A program made the position numbers and the translations under genes. From Hyphomicrobiales bacterium (GTDB taxonomy: Bacteria; Pseudomonadota; Alphaproteobacteria; Rhizobiales; Methyloligellaceae), in contig JAJFHO010000187.1 in assembly GCA_021775575.1 (NCBI GenBank), positions 1-62,047 of the forward strand: a DNA stretch of 62,047 nt, written 5' to 3'. Below the pieces are notes generated by a model that ran no database searches, had not been told where the DNA came from, and saw nothing but the letters and a program-made list of their open reading frames with translations. Positions 37,179 to 46,143 of this stretch are shown here, in pieces. Within the stretch, counting starts at the first letter, position 1, and every line of letters begins with the position of its first letter.

Positions 37179-38204
37179 ATGAATGCGAGACGGAAAATGT
37201 TCAGCCGAGGGCTGAAAACGGCAATTGTCGCTACGGCGTTCGCCCTGTTACCGCATATGGCATCTGCTGCCGACACCAAGACGGTGCGGCTGATGGTGTC
37301 TCCGAGCGGTTCGGGCCCCTATAACGCTTTCGCGACCATCCAGACGCATATGGAGGAATTCTCCAAATGGCTTCGCCTGAGTGTCGAGGAGACCCCCGGG
37401 TTCAATTTCAACGTCAAATATATGGCGACCCATCCCGACCGCTTCAAAGACACTGTTTTCGGCACCGGATCGGTTCTGAACTGGGCCGCGAAAACCGGTC
37501 AGAAGCCTTTCTATCCGAAACCCCTGGCGGCGATGGCGGACTTCCGCGCCGTTGTCGTTCTCGGGCTGACATTCAACACCTGGGTCGCCATGGACGATGC
37601 GATCAAAGGACCGAAAGATTTTGCCGGGAAACGGGTCGGCATTGGCCTTCTGACGCAGAATGAATGGGGCATGCATCAGCGTATGCTGCTCGACGCCTGG
37701 GGGCTTACGCCGAAACTGGCCAGTCTCGATACGCTCGGACCTGGACAGAATATTGCGGCCCTCCTGGACGGACGGACCGATGTCGGCACGCTGTTTGGTC
37801 TGACAAGCGCCGATGGCGCCATTACCGTTGTGACCGGACCGCATCGCAAACTCGAGGCATCGAAGCGAAAATGGCACTACATCAATGTGCCGGCGGAGAT
37901 GACGAAGAGCTCCGGCATGCCGTTCCGGGTCGTCGAATATGCGGCGAATACGCTTCCCAATCAGCCCGAAAAGGTTACGCTGTTCGGTGATCTTCTGATG
38001 CTGTCGGCGCATAAGTCGATGCCCGACGATATGGTCAAGGAATTCGTCCGCGTCTTTGTTCAGAACTCGGACAAGATCAAGAAATATCACGGGTTCCTGA
38101 AACCGCTGACGGGAGCGACGCTTGCTCATACCGCCAAAACCAATCCCGGCTTTTTCCATCCGGGCGCATTGAGCGCCTTCAAGGAGCTGGGACTGCTGAA
38201 ATAG
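37179..38204 (+). CDS. TAXI-family TRAP solute-binding protein
   Basis: Signal peptide (AIVATAFALLPHMASAAD) and an NMT1/TAXI-like body. The start was moved to ATG 37179, which has a GGGAGG RBS. Confidence 0.7.
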   Translation: MNARRKMFSRGLKTAIVATAFALLPHMASAADTKTVRLMVSPSGSGPYNAFATIQTHMEEFSKWLRLSVEETPGFNFNVKYMATHPDRFKDTVFGTGSVLNWAAKTGQKPFYPKPLAAMADFRAVVVLGLTFNTWVAMDDAIKGPKDFAGKRVGIGLLTQNEWGMHQRMLLDAWGLTPKLASLDTLGPGQNIAALLDGRTDVGTLFGLTSADGAITVVTGPHRKLEASKRKWHYINVPAEMTKSSGMPFRVVEYAANTLPNQPEKVTLFGDLLMLSAHKSMPDDMVKEFVRVFVQNSDKIKKYHGFLKPLTGATLAHTAKTNPGFFHPGALSAFKELGLLK

Positions 38205-38303
38205 GGGCGGCATGGCGAGAATTTGCCTTCTTGATATCTGGGTCCGGCGGGCACACCGCCGGACCCGCCATTGGGTCGAAAGCCAGAGTACGGGCAGCCC
38301 TGC

Positions 38304-39590
38304 ATGACAACATTCGTATTTCTGTCTCTGCTCATCATTCTCATTTTGCTCGGCACGCCGATCGGCTTCGCCATGGCGCTGCTTCCCGCGATTTACATCG
38401 CGCTTACCGATGCCATACCGCTAACGTCGGTGCCCTATCAGATGTATACGGCGCTGGACAAATTCCCGCTGGTCGCAGTGCCGCTGTTTCTGTTGGCGGG
38501 CGAGCTGATGAATCTGGGCGCGGTTACCGACCGGCTGCTGGAACTCAGCCGCGAGGTCGTCGGCAGAGTGCGCGGCGGGCTCTCCCAGATTACGGTCCTG
38601 ATGTCGATGTTGTTCGCCAGCCTTAACGGCTCGGCCGTCGCCTCGACCGCGACCATCGGCGCACTGATGATCCCCGCGATGAAAAAATCCGGCTACAGTC
38701 CGAGCTTTTCCGCCTCCGTCACCGCCGTTTCCTCGACCATCGGCGGCATCATCCCGCCGAGCATCGCCATTGTCCTGTTCGCCAGCGTGACCAACAAATC
38801 GGTGGGCAAGCTGTTCTCCGCGGGAATTCTCCCCGGCATTCTCGTTGGCCTCATGTTCATGGGCGTCTGCTATCTGATCAGCGTCCGCAGAAATTATGAG
38901 CGTTATGAAGTTCCTTTCAGTTTTGCTCTGCTGGGCCGCGCCTTTTCGCGCGCCATATTGGCCCTGACGCTGCCGCTCATCCTCTATTTCGGCATTGTCG
39001 GCGGCGTCTTTACACCGACCGAGGCCGGCGCGGTCGTCTGTTTCCTGGCCTTCATCCTCGGCAAATATGTCTACAAGTCGCTCACCTGGGAGATGTTCTG
39101 GGCAGCACTCGGACGCACCGTGCGGCTGACGTCAGCCATCTTCCTGATCATTGCCGCGGCCGGGCCTTTCTCCTGGCTGCTGACCTTGCTTGGGGCGCTG
39201 CAAAGCCTGCAGGCGTGGCTGGTCAGTTTCCATGACAATCTGCCGCTTTTCATGATTGCATTTCTGGTGGTGATACTGGTGGCCGGGATGCTGGCGGATA
39301 TTGTCGCCAATCTGATCATCCTTGGACCGACATTGCTCGCCGCGGCGGAGAAAGTCGGGATTTCCGACACCCAGGCGTCGATGGTGATTTGCGTCGGTTT
39401 TCTGCTCGGCACGGTAACGCCGCCGGTCGGCATCTGTTACTTCACCGCCGCGCGTATCGCGGAGGAGAAGCTTGAGCGCGTTGCCGTGGCCTTGATTCCC
39501 TTTATCGCGGTTGAAGCCCTGTTGCTGGTTCTGATCCTGCTCATTCCCGCGCTCACCGAATTCATCCCCGCGCTCGCCGGGTTCAATTAG
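38304..39590 (+). CDS. dctM: TRAP transporter large permease DctM
   Basis: 428-aa polytopic protein with the typical DctM N-terminus (LSLLIILILLGTPIGFAMAL) and LLAGELMN. Confidence 0.9.
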   Translation: MTTFVFLSLLIILILLGTPIGFAMALLPAIYIALTDAIPLTSVPYQMYTALDKFPLVAVPLFLLAGELMNLGAVTDRLLELSREVVGRVRGGLSQITVLMSMLFASLNGSAVASTATIGALMIPAMKKSGYSPSFSASVTAVSSTIGGIIPPSIAIVLFASVTNKSVGKLFSAGILPGILVGLMFMGVCYLISVRRNYERYEVPFSFALLGRAFSRAILALTLPLILYFGIVGGVFTPTEAGAVVCFLAFILGKYVYKSLTWEMFWAALGRTVRLTSAIFLIIAAAGPFSWLLTLLGALQSLQAWLVSFHDNLPLFMIAFLVVILVAGMLADIVANLIILGPTLLAAAEKVGISDTQASMVICVGFLLGTVTPPVGICYFTAARIAEEKLERVAVALIPFIAVEALLLVLILLIPALTEFIPALAGFN

Positions 39591-39601
39591 GGGCCGCGCG
39601 C

Positions 39602-40243
39602 ATGAGCAACATGATCAAACGAATTGACACGGCAATCTCCTGGCTGACGGCCCAGGTCACCGCGATATTCCTGCTCGTGATCGTCCTCGTCGTGCTCTAC
39701 AGCGTGCTGCTGCGCTATGTCTTCGACGCACCGCCCTTCTGGAGCGACCGGATCGGCGTTTTTGCCAATATGGCGATGGTACTTTTCGGCCTGAGCCTGA
39801 CGGTGCGCAATCGCGAGCTGATCGCGATGCAGGGTCTCTATGAAAAGATTTCGAAAAAATTCGCCTTGTCGCTGGACCTCACATGGAATGTGGTGATCCT
39901 TATCTTCGCCCTGGTTTTCACATGGTTCGGCGCCGAGGCGGCTGTGAACATGCCCGGCCAATATTGGGATTTTCAGGAATTCTGTATCGATCTGGGCAGT
40001 GGCGATGGTGAACCGCCGGGCATCGTGCTGAGCGTCATCAAGGCGATCGAAAGCACGATCGGGTCTGTGGTCCGGCCCTTCTGTGTCGACGGCGCCGTAC
40101 CGCAGCGCTACCTCGCCATGCTGATGCCGGTATCCGGCGTTCTGATTGTGATCGCGTGCCTCGGCGTACTGATTGAAGATATTCGAACGATCGCAGCACT
40201 CAAGAAAAGAGAAACGATACCGTCCGGCGAGCCAGACTCATAA
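39602..40243 (+). CDS. dctQ: TRAP transporter small permease DctQ (long variant)
   Basis: 4-TM protein placed between dctM and dctP. It has an extra Cys-containing loop. Confidence 0.7.
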   Translation: MSNMIKRIDTAISWLTAQVTAIFLLVIVLVVLYSVLLRYVFDAPPFWSDRIGVFANMAMVLFGLSLTVRNRELIAMQGLYEKISKKFALSLDLTWNVVILIFALVFTWFGAEAAVNMPGQYWDFQEFCIDLGSGDGEPPGIVLSVIKAIESTIGSVVRPFCVDGAVPQRYLAMLMPVSGVLIVIACLGVLIEDIRTIAALKKRETIPSGEPDS

Positions 40244-40306
40244 ACGCGCCGGGACGGGACGGCATTTTTTGATGAAAGAGGAATCAAACCACCGGGAGGA
40301 GTTCCA

Positions 40307-41368
40307 ATGAAATCGAATGCCAAGACCAGAAATCAACTCATCGCATTAGCGATGCTCGGCGCCGCGGCGCTCTGGGCGTCAGGTGCGTCGGCGGCGGAAA
40401 TCGTGCTGAAGACGGGCACGAGCTGGAACGACAAATTTCCCATGCAGGCGATGCTGCACGACGTGCTGAAACCGATGCTGGAGAAATATTCCGGCGGCAA
40501 GATGACCACCGAAATCCATATGGCCAAGAGCCTGTGCTCGGAAAAAACCTGCGTTGAGCAGGTCAAACTCGGCCAGATCGACATCGGCACCGCCTCGGTC
40601 TCCAACTATGGCGGATTTCACAAGACCTATGAGGTCCTGACCTTGCCTTATATTTTCAAGGACGACGCATCGGCCCAGAAGGTGCTCGACGGCTTCCTGT
40701 TCGACCTTCTGAACAAGATATCGGTCGAAAAGGACAAAATGAAAATTCTCGCCGTGGTCCCCTTCCTCGGCTTCCGCCAGCTTGAAACCAATGTCGGTGA
40801 GATCAGAACGCCCAAAGATCTCAAGGGCGTCAAGATTCGCGTGACGAAGTCGCCGCTTGACGGCGCTCTTCTGAGAGCATGGGGCGCGGTATCGACGCCG
40901 GTGGCATGGGCGGAGACCTACGACGCCGTGCAGCAGAAGGTGGTCCGGGGCCTCTATATCCAGAAGCCGGTTCACGCGATGATGAAATTTCACGAAGTAT
41001 CGCCCAACGTTACCCTGACGGGCGGGGCGTGGACTCCGATGGTGATCTTCATGGACGGCAAACGTTTCAACGCTTTGCCGAAATGGGCCCAGGAGGCCGT
41101 CGACAAGGCCGCCGCCGATCTGCGTGCGAAGGCCTTTGAAATCGACCGGTCCTACGCCGAAAAACTGGGTTCGGGCAACGTCGCCAAGGTCAAATATTAC
41201 CAACCGAGCGAGGCGGAAATGACCGAGTGGCGCAAAGCCTCCACCAGGGCCTGGCTGGTTGGCAAAAAACTCAACCTCTATGACGCAGCTCTGGCCCGGC
41301 GCATCCTCGACGCCCAGTCTGGGCTTGGAGAATTCAAGAAAGCGCTTACGGAAATCGGCGCGCTTTAG
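40307..41368 (+). CDS. dctP: TRAP transporter substrate-binding protein DctP
   Basis: Signal peptide plus a DctP-family body (LKTGTSWNDKFP..., LKGVKIRV). Confidence 0.85.
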   Translation: MKSNAKTRNQLIALAMLGAAALWASGASAAEIVLKTGTSWNDKFPMQAMLHDVLKPMLEKYSGGKMTTEIHMAKSLCSEKTCVEQVKLGQIDIGTASVSNYGGFHKTYEVLTLPYIFKDDASAQKVLDGFLFDLLNKISVEKDKMKILAVVPFLGFRQLETNVGEIRTPKDLKGVKIRVTKSPLDGALLRAWGAVSTPVAWAETYDAVQQKVVRGLYIQKPVHAMMKFHEVSPNVTLTGGAWTPMVIFMDGKRFNALPKWAQEAVDKAAADLRAKAFEIDRSYAEKLGSGNVAKVKYYQPSEAEMTEWRKASTRAWLVGKKLNLYDAALARRILDAQSGLGEFKKALTEIGAL

Positions 41369-41424
41369 GCGCTGGCGAAACTACCCGCATGGCCAGCGGC
41401 CGGGAATGGGAGGACAGGACGGAT

Positions 41425-41973
41425 ATGAGTCACGGCAAACAACGTATTCCATATTATGAGACCGGCGGCGGCAGCGAGGCCGCCGACGGCGCTCTCGCGG
41501 ACATATCGAAGATGTTTGGAGGGCGCGTTCCCAACTACCACAAGGTCCTGGCAAACAGCGCGGCGGCAATCCAGGCGTTCGAGGCGATGCGGCGGCTGCT
41601 GCAAGGGACGAAAATCTCAGGTGTGGAGCGTGAGATTGTCGCGCTTGAGGTGTCGCGGCGAAGCGATTGCGAATATTGCCTCGCCGCGCACTCCAAATTC
41701 ATGCGGATGAACCGCATCAGCGAGGACGATATCGCCGCCGCGGTCGCGGGCCGCCCGATGACCAATCCCCGCCATGCACTGGTGCAGCGGGCGACCCAGA
41801 AACTCTATGAAAAAATGGGCCGCCTCAGCGACGCGGAACTGGCCGAATTCAGGGAGGCGGGTTTGGGCGACGGCGAGTTGATAGAAATTATTGCGGTGAT
41901 CGGCTGGTATGTGCAGTCAACCTACGTCAACAACCTCGCAAATACGGAAATCGACGCTTTCTGGACTGAATAG
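41425..41973 (+). CDS. carboxymuconolactone decarboxylase / AhpD-like family protein
   Basis: CEYCLAAH motif in an all-helical protein of about 180 aa. ATG 41425 has a GGGAGGA RBS. Confidence 0.7.
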   Translation: MSHGKQRIPYYETGGGSEAADGALADISKMFGGRVPNYHKVLANSAAAIQAFEAMRRLLQGTKISGVEREIVALEVSRRSDCEYCLAAHSKFMRMNRISEDDIAAAVAGRPMTNPRHALVQRATQKLYEKMGRLSDAELAEFREAGLGDGELIEIIAVIGWYVQSTYVNNLANTEIDAFWTE

Positions 41974-42180
41974 CCGAATGCGACCGCGCAATCGGCCGCA
42001 AAGAGCGAGGCGCCGGGTGCCTCCCCTGTCGGGGCGCCTGCATTGCGCCCTTGAAAAGCGCGGATATTTCAGGGATTCGCTCGACCATACCCCTATTGAT
42101 CCGTGTCAAAACTATAATTCTGACAGAATGCTATTGGTATAATGTTGGCTGATTTACATCCCGCGACAAGGCAGAGGCGA

Positions 42181-42609
42181 ATGGCAACCATAAAGCAATT
42201 GCTCGAGCAAAAGGGAAGCGAGGTCCTGTCTATTGGGCCCGATGAAAGCGTGCTCGCTGCCATCACCAAGATGGCGGAGAATAATATTGGATCCCTTGTT
42301 GTCTTGGAGGCCGGAAAGCTGGCCGGCATTGTTACCGAACGGCACTATGCGCGGAATGTGTTTCTGAAAGGCAGATCATCACCGAAAACGACGGTTGGAG
42401 AGATCATGTCGACGCGCGTTGTCTGCGCGCGGCCCGAGCAGTCGGTCGAAGAAGGTATGGCCGTCATGACCGACAAGGCCGTACGGCATCTGCCCGTGCT
42501 CGAGAAGGGGCAGTTGATCGGGATCATTTCGATTGGCGATTTGGTCAAGAGCATCATCAGTGACCAGAAATTCATCATCGAGCAGCTCGAGCTTTACATC
42601 ACCGGTTAA
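42181..42609 (+). CDS. CBS-pair domain protein
   Basis: Two CBS motifs (NNIGSLVVLEAGKLAGIVTERHY; AVRHLPVLEKGQLIGIISIGDL). ATG 42181 follows a GAGG RBS. Confidence 0.85.
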   Translation: MATIKQLLEQKGSEVLSIGPDESVLAAITKMAENNIGSLVVLEAGKLAGIVTERHYARNVFLKGRSSPKTTVGEIMSTRVVCARPEQSVEEGMAVMTDKAVRHLPVLEKGQLIGIISIGDLVKSIISDQKFIIEQLELYITG

Positions 42610-42842
42610 CCGGCACGCCACCTTCCGGCGCCGGCCAAAGAAGAACTTTCGCGCCCGTGCCATAACAGGCCGGCGTTTTGGTCCGCAGGACGCTTAGCGG
42701 TTGGCTGCGGACCCGCACCGCAAGGCGGCGCGCGGGTATTTCAGGGTAAGAAGCCCGAGCCGCTCCAGGCCAAAGCCCGACGTCATGAAGCCAGTTGTGC
42801 ACCGGTGGCTGACATCTGCGTTTCCCTATTTGGCGCCGCAAG

Positions 42843-44021
42843 TCAAACGGTGAAGGGACATGGTTTCCCTAGCCCAGCCAGCTTCCGGGTTATGATCCGC
42901 TTTCCATGTTGTCCGACATAATGCCTGATCGTCTCGACCCGTATTTTCAGTGCCCCCGCGGGCTTTGTGCAGTCCAGGTCCTGAAATGAAAAGAACAACG
43001 TGCCCGAACTCTCCACGATTTTCTGAACAGGGCTGAAAGTGGGTTGGTCCATGCCGCATTCGTAACTGGCAAGACGGATAACGCATGTGACCCAGGGGAT
43101 GCGCGAGCCAACCTTGGCGCCCCAGATAATCTCGTTTGTGTTGCTGCTGTAAGATGACGGCCAAACATCGGAGATATCGAACGGCGACGAAATATCGCCC
43201 GATCGAATGTCTTCGCCGAACAGCCAGTCCATAACATCGGCGTCGGTGGGCAGATATTGCGTCCACAAAACCGGGTAGCCGCAGGCCTGGAGGTCGACCT
43301 CGATTTCGTGGCCTATACCGGGGTCCATATGATAGGGACGCGCCAGGACGAGAATGCAGGGATCATTCTTGCGCGCGCATTGCCGCAAGATATCCCGGCT
43401 TTGCGCACGCGCGGCGTTGCTGAAATCCTCCAGCGCCGCAAAGCCGGCATCGACCGCCGCCCGGGTTTCGCGGTAGGTCAGACCGGGAATGACGTCGGCA
43501 AGAGACTCGTGCAGTTGCCTGGGCACCAGAACCGGTTCCGCCAGACAGACCAAAGGCGCGACATAGCGGATGGATTGCTCCGCGAACGCATCCTTTTCGC
43601 GGATAAAACCGGCCTTGGTGCTTTCCGGCCCGGCCATGACCCTCGGGCATGACAATAGATCCACCACATGGCCCGAGAGCAAGGACGGCAAGGATCGGAT
43701 CATCGGCGAAAACAGAATATCGACCTTCCGCTTCTGTCCGAAAACAAGCTCGCCATAGTGACCGGACATACATTTGACCGGATAGCAGCAATCGACGGTG
43801 CCGCGGCCACGGCCAAAATTCCGGCCCTGCTCTTCAGACGTATTCGACGAGAACACGATCCGTGACGGCTGCAGGCCGAGGGCGGCAAAAAACGCGACCC
43901 AGAATTGATGCGTGGACCAGACATTGAGAGTCCGGGGAATTCCGACACGCAGCTCAGACCGTGGCCTTGCACTGCCGGAATGCCCGGTCCCGAACCATGT
44001 CCGCCACATTTGGACGTTCAC
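42843..44021 (-). CDS. Cys-rich HgdB/BcrB-like (DUF2229-type) subunit of an activase-dependent enzyme
   Basis: N-terminus VGIPRTLNVWSTHQFWVAFFAALG. Cys motifs VDCCYPVKC, LLSCPRV and SYECGMDQ. Overlaps the preceding gene by up to 68 nt, and the exact start is uncertain. Confidence 0.55.
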   Translation of the reverse strand: MNVQMWRTWFGTGHSGSARPRSELRVGIPRTLNVWSTHQFWVAFFAALGLQPSRIVFSSNTSEEQGRNFGRGRGTVDCCYPVKCMSGHYGELVFGQKRKVDILFSPMIRSLPSLLSGHVVDLLSCPRVMAGPESTKAGFIREKDAFAEQSIRYVAPLVCLAEPVLVPRQLHESLADVIPGLTYRETRAAVDAGFAALEDFSNAARAQSRDILRQCARKNDPCILVLARPYHMDPGIGHEIEVDLQACGYPVLWTQYLPTDADVMDWLFGEDIRSGDISSPFDISDVWPSSYSSNTNEIIWGAKVGSRIPWVTCVIRLASYECGMDQPTFSPVQKIVESSGTLFFSFQDLDCTKPAGALKIRVETIRHYVGQHGKRIITRKLAGLGKPCPFTV

Positions 44022-46143
44022 GCCTTTTCTCCTCGAGTTCCTGTTTGATCAGCCGCAGCTCGCTGGCATCTTCGACCATACCCTTGGGACAGGAGTTGCC
44101 GCTGATCACGCGCTCCCAGCCCGGCGCGGCGGGGACCTTGCTCCAGGGGCGCCCTTCGGCGCCGGGGATCTGGACATCGACGAAGGTTCGCTGACAATTA
44201 CACGCGCACCAGTGGCAGACCGTGTCTTTGCTGGTCGTGCTTTGATAATCAAGCGCATCGATCAGCTCGAACCCCCGGAACCGGCTCGGGCTCCCGCTTT
44301 CCAACGTCTCACGCGCGCACAGCGCCGCTCCGATTGCCCCCGCCTCGCCGGCATAGGGATGGACAAAAATCTCCGCTTCGGGCGCCTTCTTGCGGATGAA
44401 ATCGACCTGCGCCTTGACGACTGCCAGATTGCGGTGCGTCCCTCCCTGGAGAATGAATTTCCCGCCGATCGAGCGCAAATTGTGCAACTGGCCCGCATAA
44501 ACCCAGACATTCACAGGCAGGACGGCGGCCAAGGAGGCCATGATTTCATCGCATGACCAGCCCTTGCGCTGCTGGTTGACGATATCGGACTGCAGGAACA
44601 CGCCGCATCCCATGGCGAGCGACGGCATTGATTTCGCCTGGAATGCGCGCTCCGCATAGTCTTCGAGCGGCACGCCGTAACGCTCCGCGACCCCCTGCAG
44701 AAATGCGCCATTGCCCGAGGAACATTGCGAATTCAGACGAAAATCGACGACCATGCCCTGGCGCAGCAGCATGATCTTCACGTCACAGCCGCCGACGTCG
44801 CAAATCACGTCCACGTCGGGAAAGAAATGCCGCGCCGCCTCCGCATGGGCGACCGTCTCGACGACCGCCATATCGGCGCCCAGAATATCATTGAGCAGAT
44901 CTTTCCCATAACCGGTGAGCGCCAATGCGCCGACAGTGTGAAAACCCGCCCCGCGAATCTGCCGCATAAGCAATTGCGCGTCCTCAATCGGGTTGCCCCG
45001 GGACTGGGAGTAGCAGGAAAACAGAATATCGCTGTCCTGCGAGAGCACGACCGCCTTCGACGTCGTGCTCCCGAGATCGCAACCGATTATGACCGCTTGT
45101 TCGGCGTCCGGTGGCCCATCGCGGCGGCGGAAGGAAGGTGCCCGCAGGCCAAATGTCCGTTTTGGATCGCCATAGCGCAACCGGAACTCCGCCATTTCCG
45201 TTGCGTCGCCGGCGAGCGCGCGGCCGCCCTGTTTGGCTTTTTCTTCATGCTGGCCCTTGTCGATCCACCAGCGCAGCCGGTCCCTGCCCGCATAGGTGGG
45301 ACTCGAGGCCGCCTCGGCCCTGCCGACCTCGATACAGCCGAGGCTGGCATAGTAAAGCGCCTGTTCGGGCACCTGGATGAGGCTGCCGGCGTCGCCGCCC
45401 TCCGGCAACGGCACACCGCGTTCCGCCCAAAATTTCATGAGATGGTGCCGCCAAGCTTCCTGGAGACCGGCAAAGAAAAGATTTGGCCCACCAAGAAGCA
45501 AGACCGTCGGCGCCAGCGTGTTGCCCTTGGTCATGGTTGCCAGATTCTGACAGACGACCGCATCGAACAGGCTTGCGATAATCTCGCTGACCGGTACGCC
45601 AGATTTCAGAAGCGTGTTGGCGTCGGCCTCGGCGAATATCCCGCACTTGGAGCTGATCTTGTGCAAGCTCAGGCCGGTGTGGCGCATCGCGGCAAGTTCG
45701 TCGGGTCCGATCTGCAGTTTCTTCGCGGCTTTTTCGATGAAGGTGCCGGTCCCGCCGCTGCACGCCGATTGCATATAGACCTGCTTGGAGTGTCCGCCCG
45801 GTGCCGCGGTGAAGAATATCGTCTTCATATCCTCGCCGCCAATCTCGGAGACGAACCGCACGTCCGGGTGCAGCTTCTCGACCGCCGCGGCGACGGCAAC
45901 AACTTCCTGAATGATCTTGCTGCCGACAAGCGGTGCGATGAAGCCGGCGCCCGAACCGGTTAAAAATAGGATATCGCGGCCGGGCCGCAATCCGCACTCC
46001 GCCTCCATACGGTTCAGGAATTCGAGGACTTTCTCCGCCTGCCTGGTGTGGTGGCGCTGATAGTCCTGCCAGAGGATTACATCATTTTCGGCCAGGACGG
46101 CCTTGACTGTGGTCGAACCGACATCGATCCCGGCAATTTTCAC
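43954..46143 (-). CDS. double BcrAD/BadFG/HgdC-type activase ATPase (two ASKHA modules) with a Cys-rich tail
   Basis: Two phosphate-1 motifs (MKIAGIDVGSTTVKAVL; VIIGCDLGSTTSKAVVL). Each module has the paired cluster-ligand motifs (ACSGGTGTFIE + KCGIFAEAD; QCSSGNGAFLQ + GCGVFLQSD). The C-terminus has CHWCACNC and GNSCPKG. Confidence 0.8.
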   Translation of the reverse strand: MKIAGIDVGSTTVKAVLAENDVILWQDYQRHHTRQAEKVLEFLNRMEAECGLRPGRDILFLTGSGAGFIAPLVGSKIIQEVVAVAAAVEKLHPDVRFVSEIGGEDMKTIFFTAAPGGHSKQVYMQSACSGGTGTFIEKAAKKLQIGPDELAAMRHTGLSLHKISSKCGIFAEADANTLLKSGVPVSEIIASLFDAVVCQNLATMTKGNTLAPTVLLLGGPNLFFAGLQEAWRHHLMKFWAERGVPLPEGGDAGSLIQVPEQALYYASLGCIEVGRAEAASSPTYAGRDRLRWWIDKGQHEEKAKQGGRALAGDATEMAEFRLRYGDPKRTFGLRAPSFRRRDGPPDAEQAVIIGCDLGSTTSKAVVLSQDSDILFSCYSQSRGNPIEDAQLLMRQIRGAGFHTVGALALTGYGKDLLNDILGADMAVVETVAHAEAARHFFPDVDVICDVGGCDVKIMLLRQGMVVDFRLNSQCSSGNGAFLQGVAERYGVPLEDYAERAFQAKSMPSLAMGCGVFLQSDIVNQQRKGWSCDEIMASLAAVLPVNVWVYAGQLHNLRSIGGKFILQGGTHRNLAVVKAQVDFIRKKAPEAEIFVHPYAGEAGAIGAALCARETLESGSPSRFRGFELIDALDYQSTTSKDTVCHWCACNCQRTFVDVQIPGAEGRPWSKVPAAPGWERVISGNSCPKGMVEDASELRLIKQELEEKRRERPNVADMVRDRAFRQCKATV

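Noticed and set aside
42018-42049. Hairpin AGGCGCC...GGCGCCT after the AhpD-like gene as an intrinsic terminator
   Set aside because: The stem is only 7 bp, the loop is 18 nt and there is no downstream T-run.
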